Origin: an uncultured Chloroflexia bacterium
GTDB taxonomy: Bacteria > Chloroflexota > Chloroflexia > QHBQ01 > JADMIH01
Assembly: GCA_963797095.1 (NCBI GenBank)
Contig: CAWCNY010000008.1
Location: 96,001 to 160,000, forward strand
DNA length: 64,000 nt
Reading direction: 5' to 3'
Of this stretch, positions 19,616-29,565 are shown piece by piece. The notes below the pieces were generated by a model. The model made no database searches, was not told where the DNA came from, and was given only the letters and a program-made list of their open reading frames with translations. A program made the translations under genes and the position numbers. Position 1 is the first letter of the stretch, and each line of letters begins with the position of its first letter.

Positions 19616-21115
19616 CTATGTAAGCGGTCGCGGGTGGGCGGTCCCTATCTCGGCAGCGAGCCTGTATTGTGCGGCTGCCTTCTGATACTCGCCCCTGGCC
19701 CTCAGTATATTCCCGTATGCAAAGGCCACTATGTGCGCTAGCTCCACCAGCCCTCTTCCTTGCACAAGTTGATGTGCCTTTTCGAACAGCGCATCGGCCT
19801 CACCCCTATGCCCGCGCTCCTCCTCGATCAGGCCACCTATATGCAATGCTTCCACCTATGCTGTTGTGATATCTATCGGTGGATGGCCTGCGGCAAGCTC
19901 CCAGTTCCGAGTCCCGATTTTGCTCCCCCTCTCCCTCCCTCATCACACATAGACCCAGCGTCGCGTGCTCGGCAGCCTTATCCAGTTCCCCCTTCTGCGG
20001 TACAGATCCGCGTAATCGTACTGCAAATTACTCAGCAACACCCGATCGTCCGTCGCTTCCAGCATACCGGCGGCCTTTGCCAGCAACTCCTCCGCCTCAT
20101 CATATCCGGTATGGCGCACAAGAAGTTCCGCCAGGTGCATACACACAGCAACTGCTCCCACTATATCATCGAGCGCCTCATAAATATGCAGCGCCCGAGC
20201 GGCATATACTTTCGCCTGGGGCCAGTCGTTGTCAGCCTTGTATGCCACAGCCAGCGCCCACAAGAGGCTGGCCTCCCTTTCCACTCCGTTCAGGTCCGCT
20301 ATCAGCGCTAGGGCTTCTTTATAAGTGGCTATGGCCTGGGGCACATCGCGCAGCGCCCAATTGTCGTTTGCCAGATTGTGCAGGATACTGAGGCGCGGGC
20401 TGCGGTCTTTCACCACGCCCTTTTCAATGGAATAGAGGCATTGCGGGTGGTGATGGAGCGCCGCAACCGGCTGTTCCATGAGATAGTATGCCACTCCAAG
20501 CATATTACGCACGATCGTGAGCGAGTCCTCGTCACCGCCAGCCGCCCCCTGGGCTTCCTCCAGGTGAACCTGAGCCAAGTGTGGTTGTGAACGTTGGAGA
20601 TATGCCAGCCCTCGCAAGAAGTGGGGCCTGTAGAGTAGGCGTGGGGGCAGTTTCTTGCTGAAGATAGCGGCGCTTTGCTCCGCACACTCAACAAGAGCCA
20701 GCGCCATAGATTTCGCCTACCCCACCACCCGTATTTGATACGCAGCATTGGCTTCGTCGCCACTGCGTATCAACATTCGAGCGTAGTTGTACTGGTAATT
20801 GAGGCCCTCCTGTAATGTCTCCAACTCCGGCTCTCGAAACGCACCACCTATCCCACTACCCTGATCCTGGTAGCAGCTACCTGTGCCTACCGCTATCCCT
20901 ACCAGGAAGTGCGATAGCGGTAATGCGAGGCGAGAGGAGATCTACTCCAGCACCTTCAGAGAAGGGCGCACAGCGCCGCGCTCGATCGCGCTCACATACC
21001 CCTCGGTGAAACGGGGGCCTGCCAATTGCTCTTGTGTCAGCCCTTGCTCCTTTCTCGCTTTGCGGATACGAGCGCCGACAACAGACCCAATATTGTGTCG
21101 AAACCCTGTGCGCAT
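19616..21115 (-). pseudogene. XRE-HTH + TPR regulator (RRNPP-like architecture), fragmented
   Basis: GARIRKARKEQGLTQEQLAG..YVSAIERGAVRPS ends in a premature stop at 20942. TPR-like helical fragments at 19943..20707 and 19616..19855. Confidence 0.75.
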
Positions 21116-21282
21116 GGTTTGCCTTCGCTTATCTCTTTCGATCTTGATGCCCCGCCAACCGTGCACATCCACCCGCTAAAGAGCAATTCACCCCTGTCAT
21201 ATCTAGCCAATGCACGTAAAATGCTCAACAGCGTACTGATTACATGGTAGCACAGGCATTCAAGGCAACACAAGACACACAG

Positions 21283-21314
21283 CTCGTCACTCGTCACTCG
21301 TCACTCGCTACTCG
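21283..21314. repeat. heptamer repeat CTCGTCA x4
   Basis: CTCGTCA x3 then CTCGCTA and CTCG. Confidence 0.9.
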
Positions 21315-21397
21315 GTGGTTATGCCGGCTTTTGCTGCTTGAGCGTTATGTGATACAATTCATAGGAAGAGTCAAGATTACGCTAATGGGGTATCAGG

Positions 21398-22966
21398 ATG
21401 GAGCCAATCCTCCGATGTATCACCGTTTCTAAGAGATTCGGCTCATTGTCCGTTCTCAGGCAACTTAGTTTTGAAGTTGCGCCAGGCGAGATCGTAGGGC
21501 TGGCGGCAGGGCATGGCGACGGTAAGTCGGTGCTGGCAGCGATCCTGGCGGGTACCGAGGCTCCCAGCGAAGGTGAAGTGTTCATAGCAGGTCAGCGTAT
21601 GCGCTGGCCCTTCAGAGCGCGCTCGGTGGGCGTTGAAGTGATCCACCAGGAGCCGGAGTTTGTCGAGCACCTGGACATTACCGCCAACATCTTTCTCGGC
21701 CACGAATTGGGCTGGCTAAAAGGATCGCTTTTGCGACGGCCTGACGAAGCCCGAATGAACCAACTGGCAACCGATGCCCTCGCCCAACTTGACGCTCATG
21801 TAGCACCGCTACATGAACCTGTGGTCAACCTATCGAGCGAGCAACGCCAGCTTATCGAGATCGCTCGCGCGCTGGTGCACCCGGCACGGCTGGTGATCGT
21901 AGACGACCCCGCGCTCCCCCTGAGCTATACCTACCAGCAAAAACTGCTGTCGGTGGTGCGCTCGTGGCAACAGCAGGGCACAGCGGTGCTCTTTATCAGC
22001 AACAATCTCGATCACCTGTTCGCCCTGGCCGACCGCATTATCGTGTTGCGGCAGGGCACCTGTGTGGCGAACCTGCGCACCGAGGCCACCGACCGCGAGG
22101 ACGTGGTAGCAGCCCTGGTCGGCACGACAGATCGACAGCAGCTTACGCCTATCATCTGGGCTTTGAGCAGCTACTATCGCGCCCGCGAAGAGGCCGAGAA
22201 GCTGGGCAACCGCCAGACCCTGCTGAAGCAAAATCTCGCCGAGCAGATCGCGGCTCTCGACAGCGCCAACCTGGCACTCCAGGATGCCCACCGCCGCTTG
22301 CTTACCGAGCGCGAGCAGGAACGAAAGGCTCTCGCCCGCGAATTGCACGACCAGGTCATCCAGGACCTGTTGAGTATGAACTACCAGCTAGAAGAGGTCG
22401 AAGCGGAGAGCCTTCCTGGGCGCGCCGACCATTTCGCCGATGGACTGTCAGAGGTACGCGCCGGAATCAGGGGTCTGGTGGACGATTTGCGCCGCATTTG
22501 CGGCAATCTGCGCCCGCCCACCATAGACAGCCTGGGGGTTGGCGCGGCTCTACAATCGTATACTCGCGACTGGTCCGTGCGCACTGGAATCCCCTTGCGC
22601 TTTGAACTGGACGAGCGGCTTGGACGCCTTCCGGAAGCTCTTGAGCTATCGATCTTCCGGATAGTGCAGGAGGGCTTGAACAACATTCGGAACCATGCAG
22701 GGGCTACCGCAGTGCAGGTAGCGCTACGCCGTACTTCGCCCACCGCCGTGACAATCATCGTGTCGGACAACGGTCGTGGGCTTCCCGAGGATTTCGACCT
22801 GGCTATGCTGGCCGAGGGGGGTCATTATGGCGTGCTGGGGATCAGCGAGCGGGTGGCGCTGGTGGATGGGCGGTGGCAGTTCCAGAACCAGCTTGGGGGT
22901 GGCACCCTGCTTCAGGTGGAGATACCCCTCAAGCGAACAAGGGTGAAAGCTGCGAAAGAAAGATAA
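21398..22966 (+). CDS. fusion of a degenerate sugar-ABC ATPase domain and a HisKA_3/HATPase histidine kinase
   Basis: aa 1-245 are NBD-like (AGHGDGKS, IHQE, LSSEQRQ, VIVDDP, ISNN), then a coiled coil, ARELHDQVIQ H-box, QEGLNNIRNHA, DNGRG and YGVLGISER. No TM segment. Confidence 0.9.
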   Translation: MEPILRCITVSKRFGSLSVLRQLSFEVAPGEIVGLAAGHGDGKSVLAAILAGTEAPSEGEVFIAGQRMRWPFRARSVGVEVIHQEPEFVEHLDITANIFLGHELGWLKGSLLRRPDEARMNQLATDALAQLDAHVAPLHEPVVNLSSEQRQLIEIARALVHPARLVIVDDPALPLSYTYQQKLLSVVRSWQQQGTAVLFISNNLDHLFALADRIIVLRQGTCVANLRTEATDREDVVAALVGTTDRQQLTPIIWALSSYYRAREEAEKLGNRQTLLKQNLAEQIAALDSANLALQDAHRRLLTEREQERKALARELHDQVIQDLLSMNYQLEEVEAESLPGRADHFADGLSEVRAGIRGLVDDLRRICGNLRPPTIDSLGVGAALQSYTRDWSVRTGIPLRFELDERLGRLPEALELSIFRIVQEGLNNIRNHAGATAVQVALRRTSPTAVTIIVSDNGRGLPEDFDLAMLAEGGHYGVLGISERVALVDGRWQFQNQLGGGTLLQVEIPLKRTRVKAAKER

Positions 22967-23003
22967 AGCATAATAGAGATAAAGCATAATAAGGAAGTCA
23001 AAT

Positions 23004-24074
23004 ATGGTTGTTAGGAGTTCAACGATGAACACGGCGCGAATAGTGGTTGCCGACGACCACGCGGTAGTGCGGGCGGGGATCGCTAATGCTCTACGGGGTC
23101 TATCCAATATTAAGATCGTGGGAGATGCAAGCGATGGTGAAACGCTGTTGTCCATCCTGGACAAGACACAGCCTGACTTGCTCGTAACCGACATCACTAT
23201 GCCCAACTTCGAGCCGATTGAGGGTATCGGTAGCATCCGTGCGAGGTTCCCGAACCTCAAGATCCTCATTGTAAGCGCCTATGACGACGATATGTACATA
23301 CAGGGACTGCTGAGGGCAGGCGTGAACGGCTATCATCTAAAAGACCAACCTCTCAGCGACCTGCGATTGGCCGTGCAGCAGGTGTTGGAAGGCAAGATGT
23401 GGGTAACAAGTCGCCTCGTTGAGAAACTGGTGCAAGAGCATAGTACGCCAACACCGGCCCGGGCCCTGACCGCCCGGCAGCGTGATATGCTACAACTGCT
23501 CAAACAGGGCCTGGACAATTATGCTATCGCACGCCGCACGGGCTTGAGCGTCAAGACCGTAGAAAACCATCTGACGCGCCTCTACCGGCATTTAGATGTC
23601 CAGAGTCGCCTTGAAGCTGTCAATTACTGTATGCAGCACCCGGAGGTGCTGGGCGATGCGAAGTTGGCTGCCAACCACTTCCAGGCTCTCACTGTGCAAG
23701 CTTCCCTCCAGCCGACCATCCTGATCGTAGACGATAATACTCGCTATCGCACCCAGATGCGCCGAATGGTGGGCAAGAACTACCCCGAAGCAATGGTGTA
23801 TGAGGCGGAGAACACCGCCCTCGCGCTGCGCTTCGTGGGCGAAGTCAAGCCTCGTCTGGTATTCGCCGACGTGGTGCTTGGCGACGAGAATGGCATTGAG
23901 TGTGCATCGCAAATTAAGGCCCTTTCGCCTGCCACCAGGGTCGTCTTGATCAGCGCGTACCCCGACCGTGAATTTCACCGCGCAGGACTCGAAGCAGGGG
24001 CGGTGGCCTTCCTGGACAAGAAGGACCTCAACAACGCCACACTACGCGAGGTAATAGCTGATCTAGCAGGTTGA
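23004..24074 (+). CDS. response regulator REC-LuxR HTH-REC
   Basis: VVADDH..VTDITMP..YHLK, HTH LTARQRDML..SVKTVENHL, second receiver LIVDDN..FADVVL..FLDK. Confidence 0.92.
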   Translation: MVVRSSTMNTARIVVADDHAVVRAGIANALRGLSNIKIVGDASDGETLLSILDKTQPDLLVTDITMPNFEPIEGIGSIRARFPNLKILIVSAYDDDMYIQGLLRAGVNGYHLKDQPLSDLRLAVQQVLEGKMWVTSRLVEKLVQEHSTPTPARALTARQRDMLQLLKQGLDNYAIARRTGLSVKTVENHLTRLYRHLDVQSRLEAVNYCMQHPEVLGDAKLAANHFQALTVQASLQPTILIVDDNTRYRTQMRRMVGKNYPEAMVYEAENTALALRFVGEVKPRLVFADVVLGDENGIECASQIKALSPATRVVLISAYPDREFHRAGLEAGAVAFLDKKDLNNATLREVIADLAG

Positions 24075-24080
24075 TCTTAT

Positions 24081-24096
24081 TAGGGGATTTCCCCTA
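24081..24096. promoter_or_regulatory. 7-2-7 palindrome TAGGGGA-TT-TCCCCTA, candidate NarL-type operator
   Basis: Perfect inverted heptamers with a further TGGGGGA half-site at 24104, upstream of the importer. Confidence 0.5.
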
Positions 24097-24113
24097 TTCA
24101 TTTTGGGGGAAAC

Positions 24114-24148
24114 AAGGGTAGCCAAGTTACTTCAACTTGGCTACCCTT
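24114..24148 (+). terminator. 15-bp perfect hairpin
   Basis: AAGGGTAGCCAAGTT-ACTTC-AACTTGGCTACCCTT downstream of the response regulator. Confidence 0.6.
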
Positions 24149-24421
24149 TATTCGACGTACAGGAATTTTATCCCGTGCGGTTTGATGACCGTAGCTATCG
24201 CCCTGTTTTCATGCTCCGTTTATCGCGTAGCGAGCAAGGATCCCGCGCCAACGAGCATCGTCGCAACTCGCCGGAACGGTCAAGAAGGAGGTGAGTCGCC
24301 GGAGACACGATGTTTGAAGCCCTATCTATAGCCCTATCTATATAGGTAGGCATGAGCATGGCCTTGTGACGGCCATTTTGGCAAGAACGAATTTCGATGA
24401 AGAAAAACAGGAGGAAAGTTT

Positions 24422-26617
24422 ATGAAACGGACAACATCGTTGTTGGCGCTATTGATAATTGTATCTATGCTCCTATCGGCCTGTGGCGCAAATTCGACCC
24501 CCACCCCGCTCCCTGCTCCCACAAATACGGCCGCGCCGGTGGTAGTGCCAACAGACACCACAGCCCCCGCAGCCACAGCCACTACAGCACCTGTGGCCAC
24601 GGCCACCACCCCGGCGGCGGCAGGAGGCAAGATAGCCATCCTGCTCCCTGAGACCAAGACAGCCAGGTATGAGAGCCAGGACCTCCCCAACTTCAAGGCC
24701 GAGCTCACGGCTCTAGGTTTCGACGTAGACAACAATCTGATCTACAGCAACGCGAACCAGGACGCAGCCGCCCAGCAGCAGCAGGCTGAAGCTGCCCTCA
24801 CTAACGGCGCGAAAGTGCTGGTGCTCGACCCTGTCGACTCCGATGCCGCTGCCGTGATTGCTGATGCAGCCAAAGCTAAGGGTGTGCCGGTCATCTCTTA
24901 TGACCGCCTGATCAAGAACACGGATGCTGTGAATTACTACATCTCCTTCGACAACGAGCAGGTTGGCAAGCTCCAGGGTGAGAGCTTACTGACTGCTCTT
25001 GCCGGGGTTACGAACCCAAGCATCGTGATGATCAACGGCTCGCCTACTGATAACAACGCTACCCTCTTCAAGCAAGGTGCTCACTCGGTGCTCGATGGCA
25101 AAGTAACCATCGCCAAAGAGTACGATACCCCCGACTGGTCCCCTGACAAGGCCCAGGAGGAGATGACCCAGGCTCTCACCGCCCTTGGCAACAAAGTAGA
25201 TGGGGTGTATGCCGCCAATGACGGCACCGGTGGTGGCGCTATCGCTGCCATGAAGGCTGCTGGCATCTCCCCACTTCCTCCAGTCACAGGGCAGGATGCA
25301 GAGTTGGCAGCAATCCAGCGTATCCTGGCAGGTGAGCAGTACATGACCGTCTACAAGGCCATCAAGCCTGAGGCCGAAACTGCTGCCCAACTTGCCTTCA
25401 TCCTGCTGGGTGGCGGCACCCCTAATACATCGAGGATCAACGGCCAGGTCGACAACGGCAAGATCAATGTACCCTCCGTGCTGCTCGTGCCGGTAGCCGT
25501 GACTAAAGACAACGTCGCCAGCACCGTCATAGCTGACGGTTTCTGGACAGCCGACCAGGTCTGCACAGCCGATTACGCCCAGGCGTGCACGGACGCTGGT
25601 ATCGGTGGCGGGGGCTCAACAACAGTGCCATCAGGCAAGATAGCCATCCTGCTCCCTGAGACCAAGACAGCCAGGTATGAGAGCCAGGACCTCCCCAACT
25701 TCAAGGCCAAGCTCACGGCTCTAGGTTTCGACGTAGACAACAATCTGATCTACAGCAACGCGAACCAGGACGCAGCCGCCCAGCAGCAGCAGGCTGAAGC
25801 TGCCCTCACTAACGGCGCGAAAGTGCTGGTGCTCGACCCTGTCGACTCCGATGCCGCTGCCGTGATTGCTGATGCAGCCAAAGCTAAGGGTGTGCCGGTC
25901 ATCTCTTATGACCGCCTGATCAAGAACACGGATGCTGTGAATTACTACATCTCCTTCGACAACGAGCAGGTTGGCAAGCTCCAGGGTGAGAGCTTACTGA
26001 CTGCTCTTGCCGGGGTTACGAACCCAAGCATCGTGATGATCAACGGCTCGCCTACTGATAACAACGCTACCCTCTTCAAGCAAGGTGCTCACTCGGTGCT
26101 CGATGGCAAAGTAACCATCGCCAAAGAGTACGATACCCCCGACTGGTCCCCTGACAAGGCCCAGGAGGAGATGACCCAGGCTCTCACCGCCCTTGGCAAC
26201 AAAGTAGATGGGGTGTATGCCGCCAATGACGGCACCGGTGGTGGCGCTATCGCTGCCATGAAGGCTGCTGGCATCTCCCCACTTCCTCCAGTCACAGGGC
26301 AGGATGCAGAGTTGGCAGCAATCCAGCGTATCCTGGCAGGTGAGCAGTACATGACCGTCTACAAGGCCATCAAGCCTGAGGCCGAAACTGCTGCCCAACT
26401 TGCCTTTACCCTGCTGGGTGGCGGCACTCCCGACGCATCTATGGTCAACGGCCAGGTCGACAACGGCAAGATCAACGTCCCGTCCATTCTGCTCGTGCCG
26501 GTAGCCGTGACTAAAGACAACGTCGCCAGCACCGTCATAGCTGACGGTTTCTGGACAGCCGACCAGGTCTGCACAGCCGATTACGCCCAGGCGTGCACGG
26601 ACGCTGGCATCAAGTAA
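24422..26617 (+). CDS. monosaccharide (XylF/ChvE-like) binding lipoprotein with two tandem binding domains
   Basis: Lipobox LSAC. KIAILLPETKTARYE..ISYDRL..INGSPTDNNA..AAND..TGQDA occurs twice. Confidence 0.93.
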   Translation: MKRTTSLLALLIIVSMLLSACGANSTPTPLPAPTNTAAPVVVPTDTTAPAATATTAPVATATTPAAAGGKIAILLPETKTARYESQDLPNFKAELTALGFDVDNNLIYSNANQDAAAQQQQAEAALTNGAKVLVLDPVDSDAAAVIADAAKAKGVPVISYDRLIKNTDAVNYYISFDNEQVGKLQGESLLTALAGVTNPSIVMINGSPTDNNATLFKQGAHSVLDGKVTIAKEYDTPDWSPDKAQEEMTQALTALGNKVDGVYAANDGTGGGAIAAMKAAGISPLPPVTGQDAELAAIQRILAGEQYMTVYKAIKPEAETAAQLAFILLGGGTPNTSRINGQVDNGKINVPSVLLVPVAVTKDNVASTVIADGFWTADQVCTADYAQACTDAGIGGGGSTTVPSGKIAILLPETKTARYESQDLPNFKAKLTALGFDVDNNLIYSNANQDAAAQQQQAEAALTNGAKVLVLDPVDSDAAAVIADAAKAKGVPVISYDRLIKNTDAVNYYISFDNEQVGKLQGESLLTALAGVTNPSIVMINGSPTDNNATLFKQGAHSVLDGKVTIAKEYDTPDWSPDKAQEEMTQALTALGNKVDGVYAANDGTGGGAIAAMKAAGISPLPPVTGQDAELAAIQRILAGEQYMTVYKAIKPEAETAAQLAFTLLGGGTPDASMVNGQVDNGKINVPSILLVPVAVTKDNVASTVIADGFWTADQVCTADYAQACTDAGIK
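24625..26611. repeat. near-identical intragenic duplication, 1008-bp period (24625-25603 / 25633-26611)
   Basis: Long identical stretches. Differences at AEL/AKL, FILLGGGTPNTSRI/FTLLGGGTPDASMV and PSVL/PSIL. Confidence 0.95.
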
Positions 26618-26631
26618 GTAGATCCTAGTAT

Positions 26632-26675
26632 AATAGGGGACCGGGGCGGGCTAACACCCTCCCTGGTTCCCTATT
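26632..26675 (+). promoter_or_regulatory. intercistronic stem-loop after the binding-protein gene
   Basis: AATAGGGGACCGGGGCGGG..CCCTCCCTGGTTCCCTATT imperfect inverted repeat, a common position for mRNA-stabilising hairpins. Confidence 0.55.
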
Positions 26676-26697
26676 GTTCCCTATAGGAGGAACGTCA

Positions 26698-27528
26698 ATG
26701 GCGACATCGGAACGCACGCCAGTGCTCGAATTACGCGGTATCAGCAAGCGTTTCGGCGCTGTGCAGGCGCTTACCGACGTAAACTTCGACGTATACGCAG
26801 CCGAGGTGGTGGGACTTGTGGGCGACAATGGCGCGGGCAAGTCTACCCTTATTAAATGCATCGCAGGTATTCATCCAATAGATTCGGGCGAGATCTACTT
26901 TGAAGGACGGCGCGTAACGATCTCAGGCCCTAAGGGCGCGCTGCAACTCGGAATATCTACTGTGTACCAGGACCTTGCTCTGTGTGACAACCTGGACGTA
27001 GTCGCCAACCTCTATCTGGGCCGCGAAGAGTCGCGCCCGATCATCCCCGGCATATTCAGCATCGTTAACGAGACAAAGATGGAGCAACGTGCTATCGACG
27101 TGCTCCGGGGTCTCTCCGTGACAATTCCGAGCGTAAGAACACTGATCGCCTCGTTGTCAGGCGGCCAGCGCCAGTCAGTAGCTGTCGCGAGGTCGGTCAT
27201 GTGGAAGCCCAAGCTGGTTATCCTGGACGAGCCGACAGCCGCGCTGGGTGTTGCCCAAACTCGTCAGGTTCTGGACCTGATCCGCCGCCTGCGCGAGCAG
27301 GGGCTGGCTGTGATCGTGATCAGCCACAATCTTGAAGATGTCTTCTCGGTCGTGGACAGGATTAGCGTATTGCGCCTGGGCCGTAACGCCGGCACATTCG
27401 ATGTCAAGGATGTGAGCTATGAGCAGGTGGTAGCCGCTATCACAGGCGCGGAGTTCGGGACTTGGGAGCAAGGCGCTCACGAGGCTGAAGACGAGGTGGT
27501 TGCCCCGGCAGGAGGTGGAGTGTCATGA
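26698..27528 (+). CDS. sugar ABC transporter ATPase (single-domain CUT2 type)
   Basis: GDNGAGKS, YQDLALCDNL, LSGGQRQ, ILDEPT, ISHN. AGGAGG RBS. Confidence 0.95.
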   Translation: MATSERTPVLELRGISKRFGAVQALTDVNFDVYAAEVVGLVGDNGAGKSTLIKCIAGIHPIDSGEIYFEGRRVTISGPKGALQLGISTVYQDLALCDNLDVVANLYLGREESRPIIPGIFSIVNETKMEQRAIDVLRGLSVTIPSVRTLIASLSGGQRQSVAVARSVMWKPKLVILDEPTAALGVAQTRQVLDLIRRLREQGLAVIVISHNLEDVFSVVDRISVLRLGRNAGTFDVKDVSYEQVVAAITGAEFGTWEQGAHEAEDEVVAPAGGGVS

Positions 27529-28739
27529 GCACTATGATCGACGATCCACGCCTGATCAAGCAGGAGGCCGGCGGCAACTTCTTCAGCAACCTGCGCAAGC
27601 GCTTCGCCTATACCGACCTGGGCCAATTGCCCGTTTTGATCGGCCTGGTGCTGATCTGGGTGATCTTCCAGTGGGCCAACGCCAACTTCCTCAGCCCCGT
27701 CAACCTGACCAACCTGCTTTTGCAAAACGTGGCAATAGGGATCACGTCGGTGGGCATCACGTTGGTGCTGCTGCTGGGCGAGATCGACCTGTCGGTAGGT
27801 GCGGTAAGCGGGCTTACGGCCTCCATCATGGCCGTCCAAAATGTTAAGAACGGCATGCCCGGCATAGTGGCTATAGGGTTGGCGCTGCTGGCAGGGGCTG
27901 TAATCGGTCTTATTCATGGCCTCTGGCTCACCAAGTTGCGCGTTCCCGCTTTCGTAGTAACCCTGGCAGGTCTACTTGGCTGGCAGGGAGCGCAATTGCA
28001 GGTGCTGGGCACCACAGGCACGGTCAACTTGCGGGACCCGACCATCACCGGGCTGACGCTCACATTCTTCCCGGCGTTCTGGTCCTGGGTGATTACAATA
28101 GCAGCTGTAGCGCTATACGCAATCGGATCGTTCTGGGAGCGGCAACAACGTGTTTCGGCGGGCCTAGTTTCTATCACCCGCAGCGCCCTTGTAGCGCGAA
28201 TCGCGGCTGTCAGCATTGGCGTGCTGGCGGCCACCGCCATATTCACAGCCGACCGTGGCCTCCCCCTTTCCGTGGTGATCTTCCTTGGGGTCATAGTGGT
28301 CATGAACACGGTGACCAAGCGCACCAAATTCGGGCGGTACATCTATGCCGTGGGCGGTAACGCCGAGGCGTCCAGGCGTGCCAGCATCAACGTGGACAAC
28401 ATCCGCATCGCCGTCTTCACACTCTGTTCGTTACTGGCGGCGTTAGGGGGGGTGATGGCAGGCTCGCGACTCCTTGCGGTGAACCAAAGCTCAGGGGGGA
28501 GCGACTTCCTGCTGAACACTATTGCGGCGGCGGTTATCGGGGGGACGAGCCTGTTCGGTGGGCGGGGCACGGTGTGGGCAGCGCTGCTGGGTGCGCTGGT
28601 GATCGGGTCGATCTCGAATGGTATGGATCTGCTGGCGCTTCCCTCGCCGGTGAAGTTTATGATCACGGGCGGGGTGCTGCTGGCAGCGGTTACTCTGGAC
28701 GCTCTGATCCGCAGGCGCAGAGTGGCCACGGGGCGATAA
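27525..28739 (+). CDS. sugar ABC transporter permease (XylH-like)
   Basis: GEIDLSVG, VPAFVVTLAG, FGRYIYAVGGN, IAAAVIGGTSLFGGRG. Confidence 0.95.
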   Translation: MSTMIDDPRLIKQEAGGNFFSNLRKRFAYTDLGQLPVLIGLVLIWVIFQWANANFLSPVNLTNLLLQNVAIGITSVGITLVLLLGEIDLSVGAVSGLTASIMAVQNVKNGMPGIVAIGLALLAGAVIGLIHGLWLTKLRVPAFVVTLAGLLGWQGAQLQVLGTTGTVNLRDPTITGLTLTFFPAFWSWVITIAAVALYAIGSFWERQQRVSAGLVSITRSALVARIAAVSIGVLAATAIFTADRGLPLSVVIFLGVIVVMNTVTKRTKFGRYIYAVGGNAEASRRASINVDNIRIAVFTLCSLLAALGGVMAGSRLLAVNQSSGGSDFLLNTIAAAVIGGTSLFGGRGTVWAALLGALVIGSISNGMDLLALPSPVKFMITGGVLLAAVTLDALIRRRRVATGR

Positions 28740-28914
28740 ACTAGCCCAGGCTTCGTCTCAGCGATTGCTGAGGCAGATAATCGAGCCGGAAATGCCCTAT
28801 CTAGAGCGCCCGGCTCTTTCTTTGTCTTTGTGACCCATTCCACTCAGCAGAGAGATCAAACCTGACGCTGTTTCCCCTTCACATAGTTATTAAATATCTA
28901 GCAAAATAATATCT

Positions 28915-29523
28915 ATGCCGAGACAATTCAAACGTTCACCCCTCGCCCTGGCCATACTCGCCCTCTTTCACGAAGCGCCGATGCACCCATATCGAATGCA
29001 GCGGCTGATCAAAGATCGCGGCAAGGACCAGGTTATCAATGTCCAACAGCGTGCCAGTCTCTACCAGACCGTCGGCCAGCTCCTTCGCGCCGGGCTGATC
29101 ACCTTCTGGGAGAATGAACGCAATGAAGGATTTCCGGAGCGTACCGTCTACAAGCTCACCGATAAAGGCCACCACACAGCCGTGAATTGGATGCGGGAGA
29201 TGCTCTCAACACCTGCTCAGGAATACCCGCAGTTCCCGGCGGCGATCTCCCTGCTACCACTTCTGACGACGAAGGACGCTATTCACCGGTTAGAGATACG
29301 GGAAGCCACGCTTGCCGGGCAAATAGCCTCCATTGATGCGGAAATACAAACATATGCGGTTAGCTTACCCAGGATCTTCTTGCTTGAATCAGAATACATG
29401 AGGACCATGCTTGACGCCGAACTGAAATGGGTGCGCTCGGTCATCGCAGACTTGGACAGCGGCCAGCTTACCTGGAACCAGGAATGGATGCAGCCATCTG
29501 AGCCGCCGCGGCCACAAGAGTGA
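28915..29523 (+). CDS. PadR-family transcriptional regulator
   Basis: LAILALFHEAPMHPYRM..SLYQTV..PERTVYKLTDKG. Confidence 0.9.
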   Translation: MPRQFKRSPLALAILALFHEAPMHPYRMQRLIKDRGKDQVINVQQRASLYQTVGQLLRAGLITFWENERNEGFPERTVYKLTDKGHHTAVNWMREMLSTPAQEYPQFPAAISLLPLLTTKDAIHRLEIREATLAGQIASIDAEIQTYAVSLPRIFLLESEYMRTMLDAELKWVRSVIADLDSGQLTWNQEWMQPSEPPRPQE

Positions 29524-29565
29524 TCGTCTTCCCACGCGAACATAGTCATTGAAAGGAGAATTCAA

